Shown piece by piece: positions 9,859 to 19,439 of a stretch of 64,000 bases of DNA (its first letter is position 1; every line of letters starts with the position of its first letter). This DNA comes from an uncultured virus (IMG/VR IMGVR_UViG_3300032164_000005) (taxonomy: Duplodnaviria > Heunggongvirae > Uroviricota > Caudoviricetes), in IMG/VR virus record IMGVR_UViG_3300032164_000005, one strand, 5' to 3'. The translations under genes and the position numbers were made by a program. The notes beneath the pieces were generated by a model. The model ran no database searches. It saw only the letters and a list, made by a program, of their open reading frames with translations, and had not been told where the DNA came from.

Positions 9859-9887
9859 ACGGTATGCGCTTGCGGTTGTACTGTCAA
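9859..9887 (-). promoter_or_regulatory. sigma70-like leftward promoter
   Basis: TTGACA-17 bp-TACCGT on the minus strand, back-to-back with TTGACG at 9895 on the plus strand. Confidence 0.6.
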
Positions 9888-9919
9888 CCGGGTATTGACG
9901 ATTCAGCAAGGGAGGTTCC

Positions 9920-10141
9920 ATGGTGAGGTCGGACGGGGCGAGAATGCTCGAGCGCAAGCTCACGAAACGAGGCGAAACGCTGGCTTCTTTCTGCCGGAGT
10001 ACCGGCGTGAACTACTGGCTCGCCCGGCGCGCCATGCTTGGTGAAGTGCAGCAGATCAGCGTCGATCTCGCGCTCGATCTCGCAGAAGCAGCAAGAATTC
10101 CAGTGCGGACGTGGCGCGAAGAAACAAGGAAGGCTGGCTGA
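9920..10141 (+). CDS. Cro/Xre-like HTH regulator
   Basis: TLASFCRSTGVNYWLARRAM...ISVDLALDLA; sits at the divergence point; GGAGG RBS. Confidence 0.6.
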   Translation: MVRSDGARMLERKLTKRGETLASFCRSTGVNYWLARRAMLGEVQQISVDLALDLAEAARIPVRTWREETRKAG

Positions 10142-10213
10142 CATGAATCTCGTACATCCCATCGGCACGGGCCGCAACGGCAGCATGGACATACTCTGTC
10201 ACGGAGACGCACA

Positions 10214-10588
10214 ATGACCATCGATCCTGGCGTTATCGAGTCCATCATCAGCGGAGTGAAGGACGACCGAATCATCGGTCCATGCCCGCTCGATCACTAC
10301 ATGCTCATCAGGATCGTGATCTGTCAGTGTCACGGACCGGCTGGCATCGTCAGCTACATGCCGCTGAGCGGCGCGCCGAAGCAACTCGGGAGGCTGCGCA
10401 GGGACCGCACCGAGACGTCGTTGCCGGTCGTCGTCATCGACGAGGACGGCGACGTCGTCCACATCAGGACGATCCACTGGGACGAACCGAGGCCCCATCA
10501 GGTGCAGGCCGATCTCGAAGAGGTGCGGCTGCGCGAGGCCCAGGTTCAGCCAGTGCTTCGTGTGAACTCGCGCGGCGGCAACGCGTGA
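10214..10588 (+). CDS. hypothetical protein
   Basis: ORF with GGAG RBS. Confidence 0.55.
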   Translation: MTIDPGVIESIISGVKDDRIIGPCPLDHYMLIRIVICQCHGPAGIVSYMPLSGAPKQLGRLRRDRTETSLPVVVIDEDGDVVHIRTIHWDEPRPHQVQADLEEVRLREAQVQPVLRVNSRGGNA

Positions 10589-10791
10589 TGCTGTGCTGCA
10601 CCGAATGCGGCGAGTCTGTACCGCCGGATGACGCGATCCATAACCGCGACGCTGCGGACGAACCTCACACGTTTCACAGCGCCTGCTGGGCTGCGGTGCG
10701 GTGGTGGCTCGCGGGGCACGACGGCGAACCGACGGCTGCATGGGTGAACATGGTGAGACGATCGATGCGCGCATCGCGTAGGAGCGCGTGA
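10588..10791 (+). CDS. small Cys/His protein
   Basis: CTECG...FHSAC; coupled. Confidence 0.55.
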   Translation: MLCCTECGESVPPDDAIHNRDAADEPHTFHSACWAAVRWWLAGHDGEPTAAWVNMVRRSMRASRRSA

Positions 10792-10991
10792 TGGATGTGT
10801 TCTCGCCGAAGGCGTGCGCGGTGCGCGAACGAACAGGTGACGGCGTGTCGGTCGGGCGCTGCTGCTTCCACGTCGGCAACGACGACGTGTGCCCACGGCA
10901 CGGCAACGTGTCGGCGGCGATGGCTCGCTACCGGGAGACCGGGAAACTGACCGACGAGAACGAACTGCCGAAGAGGGTTCGCGATGAGTAG
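10788..10991 (+). CDS. hypothetical protein
   Basis: Coupled; CPRHG. Confidence 0.55.
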   Translation: MMDVFSPKACAVRERTGDGVSVGRCCFHVGNDDVCPRHGNVSAAMARYRETGKLTDENELPKRVRDE

Positions 10992-11496
10992 CGTGCTCGA
11001 TGGTCCCGGCGAAGGGACGTGGTCGGTGTTCGCGCAGAAGGTCGTTGCGGAGCGCGATGCCCTAGTGCTGGAGCGCGACTCCCTGCGCAGGGATCTCGCG
11101 GCGACACACGCCGAGGCTAGCAAGGTGGCATGTAGCGTTGCGGATCGATGCGCGCGCTGCAGCCACGCACAGAGCGATCACGACGCGTCGCCGAGACATC
11201 GGTGCGGCCAGTGCGAGTGCGGCGGGTGGGAAGAGCCCGCATCCACCAGCGACCTGACTGCGCTGCGGTCGCTTTCCGCACGCGGCATCAGGCATGCGAC
11301 AGCATGGACCGCGCATGAGATGACGGAGGCGCTACCTGTCCTGTGCGACGAAGTGGAACGGCTGCGCGAGCGGTTGGCAACGCTGGAGGCGACACTGCCA
11401 AGGTTGCGCGCCATCGAGGCCGCAGCGAGGGCGTGGCTGCGTGGTGACGGCAGCGCGCTCGCGCTCTCGAACGCCATCGACATGGTGATCCGATGA
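10984..11496 (+). CDS. hypothetical protein with Cys/His finger
   Basis: CARCSHAQSDH...CGQCEC. Confidence 0.55.
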   Translation: MSSVLDGPGEGTWSVFAQKVVAERDALVLERDSLRRDLAATHAEASKVACSVADRCARCSHAQSDHDASPRHRCGQCECGGWEEPASTSDLTALRSLSARGIRHATAWTAHEMTEALPVLCDEVERLRERLATLEATLPRLRAIEAAARAWLRGDGSALALSNAIDMVIR

Positions 11497-11855
11497 TGCG
11501 GTGGCCGGAGATCGGCGAGACATGGTGGAACAAGCAGGGCGGCGGGGCACGGATACTCTCGCGTCCGGTTGATCGGGTGGAGTATCAAAGCGTCTCGCGC
11601 AACGGCACGCTCAAGACCAGCAAGGGCTGCGACTCGCTCAACGGGTTCATGCACCGTTACGCGCTGGGACCGTCGGCAACGTGCCCTCCAGACCCCAAAG
11701 ACGTCACCATCGCAGCCCTGCGCAGCCGCGTGGCGGTGCTCGAGAGCGCGCTACGCGAGCACGGACACCACTCGTCCGTGTGCTCCTTCGGGCGCGACCC
11801 CGGCGACCCGTGCGATTGCTGGATCGCCGCCGCCCTCGCGACGGTGCCGCGATGA
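11493..11855 (+). CDS. hypothetical protein
   Basis: ATGA coupling. Confidence 0.55.
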   Translation: MMRWPEIGETWWNKQGGGARILSRPVDRVEYQSVSRNGTLKTSKGCDSLNGFMHRYALGPSATCPPDPKDVTIAALRSRVAVLESALREHGHHSSVCSFGRDPGDPCDCWIAAALATVPR

Positions 11856-11901
11856 AGCTCTGCGACGTTCGCGCCGCCCTCGCGGCACGGGAGACGAAGC
11901 G

Positions 11902-12165
11902 ATGAGATGCGAGATGTGCAACTGCGAACTGAACAGCAGCGACGAGTGCCCGTCGTGCAACCTCTACAACGCTGCCGTGCGGGCGCAACAGGCAGCAGCG
12001 AAACAGATTGCCGAGGACTTCAACCCGCGCGCGGATAGGGCTTGGTTGAACGAACACGGCGTGTTCGCGTATCTCGATGGCGTCACGGTGCAGCCCGGCA
12101 CGCCAGCGATGGCCGCGCCGTTCGTGGCGCTGACAGCCGTCGTGCGTACGGTGAGGTTCCCATGA
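11902..12165 (+). CDS. hypothetical protein with Zn ribbon
   Basis: CEMC...CPSC. Confidence 0.5.
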   Translation: MRCEMCNCELNSSDECPSCNLYNAAVRAQQAAAKQIAEDFNPRADRAWLNEHGVFAYLDGVTVQPGTPAMAAPFVALTAVVRTVRFP

Positions 12166-12527
12166 TACCAGCCGATCTGCCTGTGTTGCGGGCAACGATA
12201 GAGCGCATGTCGGCCGCACCGTGGAGCGTGTCCGGCGTGTCCACGGTACGCTCCGCCGACGACTCGATGGCCGCGACGTTCGTGGACTACGAACGCCACG
12301 AGGCTGACGCCGACGGCATGTGCGCGCTGCGCAACGCAGCCGCCGCTCTGCTCGACGAGATCGAGCGGATGCGCAGGCAGGTGAAGATGCTCACCGAGGC
12401 GCTGGAACCGTTCCACGTCGTGATCACCGACTGGTACGGGGCTCGCGGCGGAGGGCAGTCGTCGATGGTGGTGTACCGCGACGAGATCGAAGCCGTGGCC
12501 GCTGCCATAGCAACGGTGCGCCCGTGA
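12162..12527 (+). CDS. Ead/Ea22-like phage protein
   Basis: APW...ADADGMCALRNAAAALLDEIERMR pattern. Confidence 0.5.
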   Translation: MIPADLPVLRATIERMSAAPWSVSGVSTVRSADDSMAATFVDYERHEADADGMCALRNAAAALLDEIERMRRQVKMLTEALEPFHVVITDWYGARGGGQSSMVVYRDEIEAVAAAIATVRP

Positions 12528-13990
12528 AGCTCTGGCCTCACCAGGAGCGCGGGATCGAGGCCCTGCGGGTATCCCTGCGGACGCACCGCAGCGTTCTCGG
12601 CGTCGCCCCGACAGGGGCTGGAAAGACCGTTCTGGGCGGCTGGATGGCCCGCCAGAGCATGGCGAAGGGCTACCGCGTGCTCTGGATCGCGCACACGAAG
12701 GAACTCGTCGCGCAGCCGTTCGAGCAGTTCAAGCTCCTTGGTCTTGCACCCGGCATCATCCAGTCCGGCATCACGCCCTCGCCCGACGCGCTCGTCCAGG
12801 TGGCGACGATCCAGACGCTGGTCCGGCGCGAGATGCCGCCCGCCGACCTCGTGGTCTTCGACGAGGCCCACCTGCACGTCGGCACCGCGTCCTCGCAACG
12901 CGTGATCGACGCCTACCCGAAGGCGTGGTTCATCGGCCTGTCGGCCTCGCCCTGGCGTCTGGACGGCCGTTCCTTCGCGCCGCAGTACACCGACCTCGTC
13001 ACGATCGCTTCGCCGGAGGAACTCATCCAGCAGGGCATCCTGGTGCAGCCGACGTACTACGCGCCCTCGGAGCCCGACCTGACGGGCGTCGCGACCGTCG
13101 GCGGCGACTACGAGAAGTCCGGCCTCGAGGTCGCCTGCGACAAACCGCAGATCGTCGGCAGCGTTGTGGACTCTTTCCTCGGGCTAGCGAAGGGACAGGC
13201 TATCCTGTACGCCGTCTCGCGCAAGCACTCGCGAGACTGCGCCGAGGCCCTGTGCAAGGCCGGGGTGAACGCCGTGCATCTCGACGGCGAGACGCCGGAC
13301 CGCGAGCGCGATCGGATCATCGCGGAATTCAAGGCAGGGCGGATCGACGTGATCTGCAACGTCGAGGTGCTCACCACCGGCTTCGATCATCCTGGCCTGT
13401 CGTGCGTGATCATCGCGCGGCCGACGAAGAGCGTCGCGTTGTGGATGCAGATGGTCGGCCGCGCAATGCGACGTCATCCCGGCAAGACCCACGCGCTCGT
13501 GCTCGACCACGCGGGCAACACGATGCGCCTCGGCTTCGCGCACGTCAGCCGCGCCTGGACGCTCGAGCGCGAGAAGAAGCGCCAGGGCCAGACCTCGATG
13601 GCGCTGACGACCTGCAAGCAGTGCTTCGCGTGCTTCCTCTCCGGCACGAGCGCATGCCCCGAGTGCGGGTACATCAGACCCGTCGCGGATCTACGCGTGA
13701 TCGCGCGTGAAGGCCAACTGGTCGAGGTGACGAAGGCGTTCACGCCGGAGCAGAAGCTCTCGGAGTTCCTGAGCCTGTGCGAGCAAGCGATCCGCTTGCG
13801 GCTATCACGAGACTTCGTCAAGCGGAAGTTCTACGAGAAGTTCGACCACTGGCCGCGCGGCGTGAAGTGGCCGCCCGCGCTGCCGGTGAACATCGCCCTG
13901 GAGCGAGAGAAGCTCGAACGGGTCGCGCAGGCGAAGGGGCTGGGGTCGTGGTGGGTCGAGAAGAAGCTGAAGGAGATGGTAGGACGATGA
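12524..13990 (+). CDS. superfamily II DEAH-box helicase with C-terminal Zn finger
   Basis: APTGAGKT, DEAH, SASPWRLDG, QMVGRAMR, CKQC...CPECG. Confidence 0.93.
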   Translation: MKLWPHQERGIEALRVSLRTHRSVLGVAPTGAGKTVLGGWMARQSMAKGYRVLWIAHTKELVAQPFEQFKLLGLAPGIIQSGITPSPDALVQVATIQTLVRREMPPADLVVFDEAHLHVGTASSQRVIDAYPKAWFIGLSASPWRLDGRSFAPQYTDLVTIASPEELIQQGILVQPTYYAPSEPDLTGVATVGGDYEKSGLEVACDKPQIVGSVVDSFLGLAKGQAILYAVSRKHSRDCAEALCKAGVNAVHLDGETPDRERDRIIAEFKAGRIDVICNVEVLTTGFDHPGLSCVIIARPTKSVALWMQMVGRAMRRHPGKTHALVLDHAGNTMRLGFAHVSRAWTLEREKKRQGQTSMALTTCKQCFACFLSGTSACPECGYIRPVADLRVIAREGQLVEVTKAFTPEQKLSEFLSLCEQAIRLRLSRDFVKRKFYEKFDHWPRGVKWPPALPVNIALEREKLERVAQAKGLGSWWVEKKLKEMVGR

Positions 13991-14193
13991 TGAATCCTCG
14001 CTTTCGCCTCGAGATGCTGTGCGTCGCGCTGGGCATCAACCTCGACGACGTCATCGATCGTTGCAACGGTCCGTGCATCTGCGGCCACGCACGCGCGGAG
14101 CACGAGACGGAAGACGGCGTTGCGTGCGCGTGTCGGCACGAGGGGTGCGGGTGCCCGGCGCATGCGGTTCCGCCGCCGACGGTGCCGCGATGA
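13987..14193 (+). CDS. small Cys/His protein
   Basis: CICGHARAEH...C...CGC. Confidence 0.5.
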   Translation: MMNPRFRLEMLCVALGINLDDVIDRCNGPCICGHARAEHETEDGVACACRHEGCGCPAHAVPPPTVPR

Positions 14194-14369
14194 GATATCG
14201 CGAACCGGTCACAGAGAAGTGCGAGCGATGCGACGGGAGTGGCTGCGAACCGTCGGATCCGCCGGACGACGGCAAGTACGAATCCCACGACGGAGCGTGC
14301 GCCGACTGCCGAGGGCGCGGCAAAACGCACGCTCTCCACTGCCTGTGCGACTCGTGTGATCCGCAATGA
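14190..14369 (+). CDS. small DnaJ-type Zn finger protein
   Basis: CERCDGSG and CADCRGRG. Confidence 0.6.
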   Translation: MRYREPVTEKCERCDGSGCEPSDPPDDGKYESHDGACADCRGRGKTHALHCLCDSCDPQ

Positions 14370-14845
14370 TCATCGCTGGCACCGGCCATCGACCCGACAA
14401 GCTCGGTGGCTACAGCCTCGCGACCGATCAGCGCCTGCGCCGCGTGGCCCTCGCCGCCCTGGCACCGCTGCACCCGACGCATGTGATCTCCGGCATGGCC
14501 CTCGGCTGGGACATGGCGCTCGCCGAGGCTGCCGTCGAACTCGGGGTGCCGTTCACGTCCGCCGTGCCGTTCCGGGGCCAGGAGCGCGCGTGGCCGGTCG
14601 CGTCGCAGCATCGCTACAACGACCTGCTAAGCCGGGCCAAGAGCGTGGTCTACGTGTCGCAGCCGCCGTACAGCGCCTGGAAGATGATGCGCCGCAACGC
14701 GTACATGGTCGATCACTGCGACCTGCTGCTGGCGCTGTGGAACGGCGACGAAGATGGAGGCACCGCGAACTGCGTGAAGTACGCGCGCCTCGTGAAGCAC
14801 AAGCCGATTCAGAACGTGTGGGACCGATGGATGGAGACAACGTGA
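14366..14845 (+). CDS. SLOG family YspA-like (DUF1273) protein
   Basis: GTGHRP, SGMALGWD, RNAYMVD, GGTANCV. Confidence 0.85.
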   Translation: MIIAGTGHRPDKLGGYSLATDQRLRRVALAALAPLHPTHVISGMALGWDMALAEAAVELGVPFTSAVPFRGQERAWPVASQHRYNDLLSRAKSVVYVSQPPYSAWKMMRRNAYMVDHCDLLLALWNGDEDGGTANCVKYARLVKHKPIQNVWDRWMETT

Positions 14846-15258
14846 AAACAGAACGCTGGGCGATCCTCTTCCTGTGCATCACCACCGTCGTGGGCCCGTG
14901 GGCCATCTTCCAGGTCGCGAAGGCCATGGACAGGTACGCCGCAGAGCAGCAAGCCGCCACCAGGACGCCGGACTACACGGTGATGCGCCTGATGCGGTGC
15001 CGGACGGATCGCGGCTTCCTTGAGGTCTGGGTGAGCAACACGGGCGTCATCACGGCGAGATGCAACGAGGCCGCTGCCGACGCGCATCCCGGCTACCCGG
15101 ATCTCTCGCCGCCCCTGAACAACTACGGGCGCATCGTGGTTCACGAGATGGAGATCCCGCTGCCTCCGCAGAGCGGACTGGACCCGACGATCCACGCGTC
15201 GATCGGCGCGGACATCATGCAGGAGACCGTCACGTCGGTCCCCGCGTGGGCGCGATGA
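14842..15258 (+). CDS. membrane-anchored protein, paralog A
   Basis: TM helix plus GFLEVWVSNT...VTSVPAWAR. Confidence 0.65.
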   Translation: MKTERWAILFLCITTVVGPWAIFQVAKAMDRYAAEQQAATRTPDYTVMRLMRCRTDRGFLEVWVSNTGVITARCNEAAADAHPGYPDLSPPLNNYGRIVVHEMEIPLPPQSGLDPTIHASIGADIMQETVTSVPAWAR

Positions 15259-15611
15259 CGTTCAAGGACACGCCAGCAGGGATCATCGCATTCTGGACCT
15301 TCGTCGTGGCGATGTGTCTCGTGACCGCCCTGATGACGAAGCATTCGGAGGACACCTCGCGTCGCCCCGTTGCTGCCGTCTCCGCTCCGGCCCCCGAGAC
15401 CCTCCGGTGCAACGTCGGATACCTCGAAGTCTGGGTCAGCAACACGTACGTCATCTCCGCGAGGTGCCACGTCGTGGCAGGGGCAGGTTACGGGCAGGTT
15501 CAGATCCACCAGATGCTGATTCCTCGCCCAGGCAGACACGACGCCGACGATCAGGTCGGCGCGTACGTCATCAACGAGGTCGTCACCTCAGTACCGGAGT
15601 GGGCACGATGA
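15255..15611 (+). CDS. membrane-anchored protein, paralog B
   Basis: TM helix plus GYLEVWVSNT...VTSVPEWAR. Confidence 0.65.
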   Translation: MTFKDTPAGIIAFWTFVVAMCLVTALMTKHSEDTSRRPVAAVSAPAPETLRCNVGYLEVWVSNTYVISARCHVVAGAGYGQVQIHQMLIPRPGRHDADDQVGAYVINEVVTSVPEWAR

Positions 15612-15802
15612 ACGAAGAACTCACCGTCAAGCAGGTTTCGATGATCATCGGAGGCCTCGCCGGATCCATGTCGAACCTCGCTTCCATCGAGACGATCAGG
15701 GCCGCGCTCGCGGACGTCCAAGGCAACGATGCCTTCTGGGAGGGGATGAGGAAGATGCGCGACGAGGTCGTGGCAGGTGCCATGAAGATCAGCCGTGAGT
15801 GA
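15608..15802 (+). CDS. hypothetical protein
   Basis: Coupled ORF. Confidence 0.5.
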   Translation: MNEELTVKQVSMIIGGLAGSMSNLASIETIRAALADVQGNDAFWEGMRKMRDEVVAGAMKISRE

Positions 15803-16163
15803 GACAGACGACGTCACGCAGCCGCTTCGCAACGCGCTCGGCCGCATGAAGAACGGCCGCATCTTGCGCATGAACAACGGGGCCGCGAAGACGCCCGACG
15901 GCCGCAAGATCGTCTTCGGCGTGTCCGGCTACCCGGACCTCGGCGGACTCATCTCGCTGAGCGCCCCATGCGCCTCATGCGGGCACGTTCCCGCGCCCGT
16001 GGGTCGCTGGGCAGGCATCGAGACGAAGACCGACGTGGGCAGGCTCAACGACGACCAGAAGGCGTTCCACGCCATGGTCAGGAAGTACAACGGCCTCATC
16101 GAGGTCGCGCGAACCGTCGAGGAGGGCATCGAGATCGCAAGGCGATGGGGTGCCATCCTGTGA
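15795..16163 (+). CDS. VRR-NUC domain nuclease
   Basis: GYPDLGG...GIETKT..GRLNDDQKAF. Confidence 0.8.
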   Translation: MSETDDVTQPLRNALGRMKNGRILRMNNGAAKTPDGRKIVFGVSGYPDLGGLISLSAPCASCGHVPAPVGRWAGIETKTDVGRLNDDQKAFHAMVRKYNGLIEVARTVEEGIEIARRWGAIL

Positions 16164-16221
16164 TCCACACCACGGGCAGGGGCTCGCCACGAGGTGTCTT
16201 CTTGGCGTAGGAGAAACAGAA

Positions 16222-16253
16222 CCGCCGCCGACCCAGGCATAGGTCGGCGGCGG
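16222..16253. other. 12-bp stem hairpin upstream of the primase
   Basis: CCGCCGCCGACC-N8-GGTCGGCGGCGG. Confidence 0.55.
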
Positions 16254-16278
16254 CGGGGTCTGATGGAACTGAGGGTAC

Positions 16279-18642
16279 ATGGAAGATAGCAAGCCGAAGA
16301 CGCAGCGTCAAACGGACCTGCTCGAACACGCGTTGTTCTACGCCAGCAAGGGATGGAAGGTCATCCCGCTGCACACGCCGGTACACGACGAGGACGGCAT
16401 CCTCGCTTGCTCGTGCCGCAAGCCCGATTGCAAGTCGATCGGCAAGCATCCGCGCCTGATGCACGGGCTCAAGGACGCCTCGTGCGACCCGGACCAGATC
16501 CGCAAGTGGTGGGACATGTGGCCCGATGCGAACGTCGGCGTCTGCACCGGGTCCGTCTCCGACGACCTCGTCGTCGTCGATGTGGACGTCAAGCACAACG
16601 GCCTCAAGAACTGGTCCGACCTACGCGAAGAGAAGAAGCCGCTGGGAGAGATCCCGGACACGCCCATGGTCATCACTGGGGGCGGCGGGATGCACTACTT
16701 CTTCCGAGGCCCGCCCGGCGGCGTCGTGAAGAACAGCGCCTCCAAGATCACGCGCGGCGTGGATGTGCGCGGCGAGGGCGGGTACGTCGTCGCGCCACCA
16801 AGCGAACACGCATCGGGCCGATACTACCAGGACGAGTTGTCGTCGGATCCGCGCGTGATACCGCTCGCGGAGATGCCCGGCTGGCTTCTCGAGGCGGCCG
16901 TGAGCGACCCCACCCCCACGGCTTCTTCTCAGACTTCGCAGAATATTCCACCAACTGCTCCAGGAGTCGTCACCGAAGGAAGTCGCAACGAGACGCTCTT
17001 CAAGATCGGCCGGTCGTATCGCGCGAAGGGACTCGACGAGGAGGCGATTCTCAACGGGCTCCGGCTGTACAACCAGACGAAGTGCGAGCCACCCCTCGAC
17101 GACAGCGAGGTCGTGACGATCGCGAAGTCGGCCGCGAGCAAGCCCGCTGGAACGTCGAACTCGAAGCACGCGAAGGCTGCGGTCGAGGCGACCGAGCGCA
17201 TCGTGCAGGAGTCCGGCGCGGACGAGATCAAGAAGAGCCCAGACGGACCGGTCGTGTTCGCGCGCGGAGATGCTACCGAACTCGCGACACGCCTACTGGT
17301 CGATGCTCGGGGCGAATCGCCCGTCGCCATCGTCCATGATCGCGGGGAGTTCTGGCGCTACGAGGCACACCTGGGCCTGTGGCAGCCCTTGCGGCGAATG
17401 CTGATGGAGCGACACGTCACGCGATACGCAGGAGCACCGTGCGGCGACAAGGCGCTGAAGGTATCCGACGGGATGATGGGCGGTGCCGTAAACGTCGCGA
17501 TGCGGCTGAGCGATCGTCCTGGCTTCTTCGACAACGCGCCGCCGGGCATCGCGTTCCGCAACGGCTTCGTGTCCGTCGGTGGCAACGCGGAAGTACAACT
17601 CAACGAGCACTCACCCGAGTACCGCGCACGGCACGGTCTCGAGTCGGACTGGAATACGAGCTTGCGAGCCCCGAGGTTCGCTCGCTTCCTGCTTGACGTG
17701 TTCACCGTCGAAGGCCTGGACGACGTCCAGATGCCCGACAACGAGCGCGCCATGATCCTGGAAGACCGGCAGAGGACGATCGATCTCGTGATGGAGTTCA
17801 TCGGCGCATGCCTGCTCGGCGAGGCGACGAAGCACGCCATCGCGCTCGTGCTCTTCGGTGAGACGGCCGCGAACGGCAAGAGCACGCTGATCAAGATCGT
17901 GAAGTCGCTGTTCCCGTTGCAGTCGGTGACCAGCATCTCGCCGTCGGAATGGGGCAACCGCTTCTACCTCGCGGAACTCGCGCTCGCTCGCCTGAACGCC
18001 GTCTCCGAGATGCCGACGAAAGAGATCGCAGCAAACGACCTGTTCAAGTCGGTGATCTCGGGCGACGAGGTGATGGTCGCGAAGAAGTTCAAAGACCCGT
18101 TCAACATGCGCCCACAGGCGGGGCACATCTTCGCGTGCAACGAGCTTCCCGCGACCTTGGATCAGACGGAGGGATTCTGGCGGCGGTTCGTGGTCGTGCC
18201 GTTCGACCGCACCTTCGCGCCCAGCGAGCAGGACAAGAACCTCGCCGACAGGATCATCGCCTCGGAACTCGGGGCCATCACGGTCGCGGCGATCAAAGCG
18301 GCAGGCCGCCTGCGCAGGCAGGGCGAGTACACGCTCCCGAAGATGAGCATCATCTCGAAGCAGCGGTGGAAGGGCGAGAGCGACCCGATCCGCATGTGGC
18401 TCGTCGAGAAGACGAAGACCTGCTCGGGCAACTGCGGATTGCTGTGCAAGGAGCGGTATTCATCGAACTGCTCGGTGAACGCCGATCCGGCCTACACATC
18501 GTTCCGAGAGTGGTGTAAGGAGTCTGGTACTCCTCTCATGCAGAAGCGCACTTTCCTCATCGGACTGAAGCGAATCATCGGGCAGCGGCGAGAGTCCTCT
18601 CGTCGTTGGTATCCCGTGTATCTGCTCTCCTCCCACCCCTGA
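16279..18642 (+). CDS. bifunctional primase-polymerase with PriCT and D5-like SF3 helicase
   Basis: GKHP, VVDVD, TGGGGMHYFF, GGYVVAPPS, EGSRNETL, ANGKST, GFWRR. Confidence 0.93.
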   Translation: MEDSKPKTQRQTDLLEHALFYASKGWKVIPLHTPVHDEDGILACSCRKPDCKSIGKHPRLMHGLKDASCDPDQIRKWWDMWPDANVGVCTGSVSDDLVVVDVDVKHNGLKNWSDLREEKKPLGEIPDTPMVITGGGGMHYFFRGPPGGVVKNSASKITRGVDVRGEGGYVVAPPSEHASGRYYQDELSSDPRVIPLAEMPGWLLEAAVSDPTPTASSQTSQNIPPTAPGVVTEGSRNETLFKIGRSYRAKGLDEEAILNGLRLYNQTKCEPPLDDSEVVTIAKSAASKPAGTSNSKHAKAAVEATERIVQESGADEIKKSPDGPVVFARGDATELATRLLVDARGESPVAIVHDRGEFWRYEAHLGLWQPLRRMLMERHVTRYAGAPCGDKALKVSDGMMGGAVNVAMRLSDRPGFFDNAPPGIAFRNGFVSVGGNAEVQLNEHSPEYRARHGLESDWNTSLRAPRFARFLLDVFTVEGLDDVQMPDNERAMILEDRQRTIDLVMEFIGACLLGEATKHAIALVLFGETAANGKSTLIKIVKSLFPLQSVTSISPSEWGNRFYLAELALARLNAVSEMPTKEIAANDLFKSVISGDEVMVAKKFKDPFNMRPQAGHIFACNELPATLDQTEGFWRRFVVVPFDRTFAPSEQDKNLADRIIASELGAITVAAIKAAGRLRRQGEYTLPKMSIISKQRWKGESDPIRMWLVEKTKTCSGNCGLLCKERYSSNCSVNADPAYTSFREWCKESGTPLMQKRTFLIGLKRIIGQRRESSRRWYPVYLLSSHP

Positions 18643-19100
18643 TACAAGCGTCACTTCTGTCATCGAAGTGTCACCGCCAAGTTCGCGAGAACTAAGCGGA
18701 ATGACACTTGAGACACTTGTGACTCTTTCCCGCCATTCGTACGGAGAAATCTGTACTCTGTTATCCTACTCATACCACATGTACCTATACGAATATCTAT
18801 CCTACTTATTTTAATCGCAGAAAGTGTCATAAGAGTCACTACTGTCATTCTTGAGTAGTTTCAAGTAGTTAAACGTGACTGTTCTGGTGACTGAAGTGAC
18901 GGAAAGAATGGACAGTATTCCACAGTCGGACTATGGCGTCCGATGAACTGTACCATTACGCTCCAGTCGTGCGGGTCGTCCTGGTGCGGGGAGGAGCGGG
19001 TAAGTCCAATGATTTCTCGTGCGCGCACACGAGAAATCGTTGGCTTTTCTGTCTCGATCAGGACAAGTCCAATGATTTCTCGTGCGCGCGCACGAGGCGA
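18643..19100. other. putative replication origin
   Basis: Markedly AT-rich intergenic stretch after the primase-helicase, with many GTCA/TGAC repeats and palindromes. Confidence 0.6.
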
Positions 19101-19205
19101 CCATCGGTGCGCCGGGTGCCATCCGATCAGGTGGGCACCAGGGGATCTGAGGGTACGTTCCCCGTGCATCCACCCTCGTGACGTGTTATGATAACCCGTG
19201 ACGTC

Positions 19206-19439
19206 ATGTGTACCGCCACCGACATCTGTCCGATCTGTCGTGCTTCCGGCGCGGTGATCGACCAGTTCTACCGCTGCCCCGACGGGCAGGTGCGGCGTCG
19301 GTACGTCTGCGTCGAGTGCTACGACACGAGCACTGCCAAGGAGCGCGAGTTCGACCGCGCGTACCGTCGGCAACGCGTCAGGGCCGCCCGACCCATGGAC
19401 GGCCGCCGCGCTCGCAGAGTACTCTCGCGTCAGCCATGA
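19206..19439 (+). CDS. Zn-ribbon protein (NrdR-N/Ogr-like), possible late regulator
   Basis: CPIC...VRRRYVCVEC; first gene of the late region. Confidence 0.55.
   Translation: MCTATDICPICRASGAVIDQFYRCPDGQVRRRYVCVECYDTSTAKEREFDRAYRRQRVRAARPMDGRRARRVLSRQP

Noticed and set aside
9829..10141. Classical CI/Cro lysogeny switch
   Set aside because: Divergent promoters and one HTH gene are present, but no repressor with a peptidase domain and no integrase; lifestyle is undetermined.
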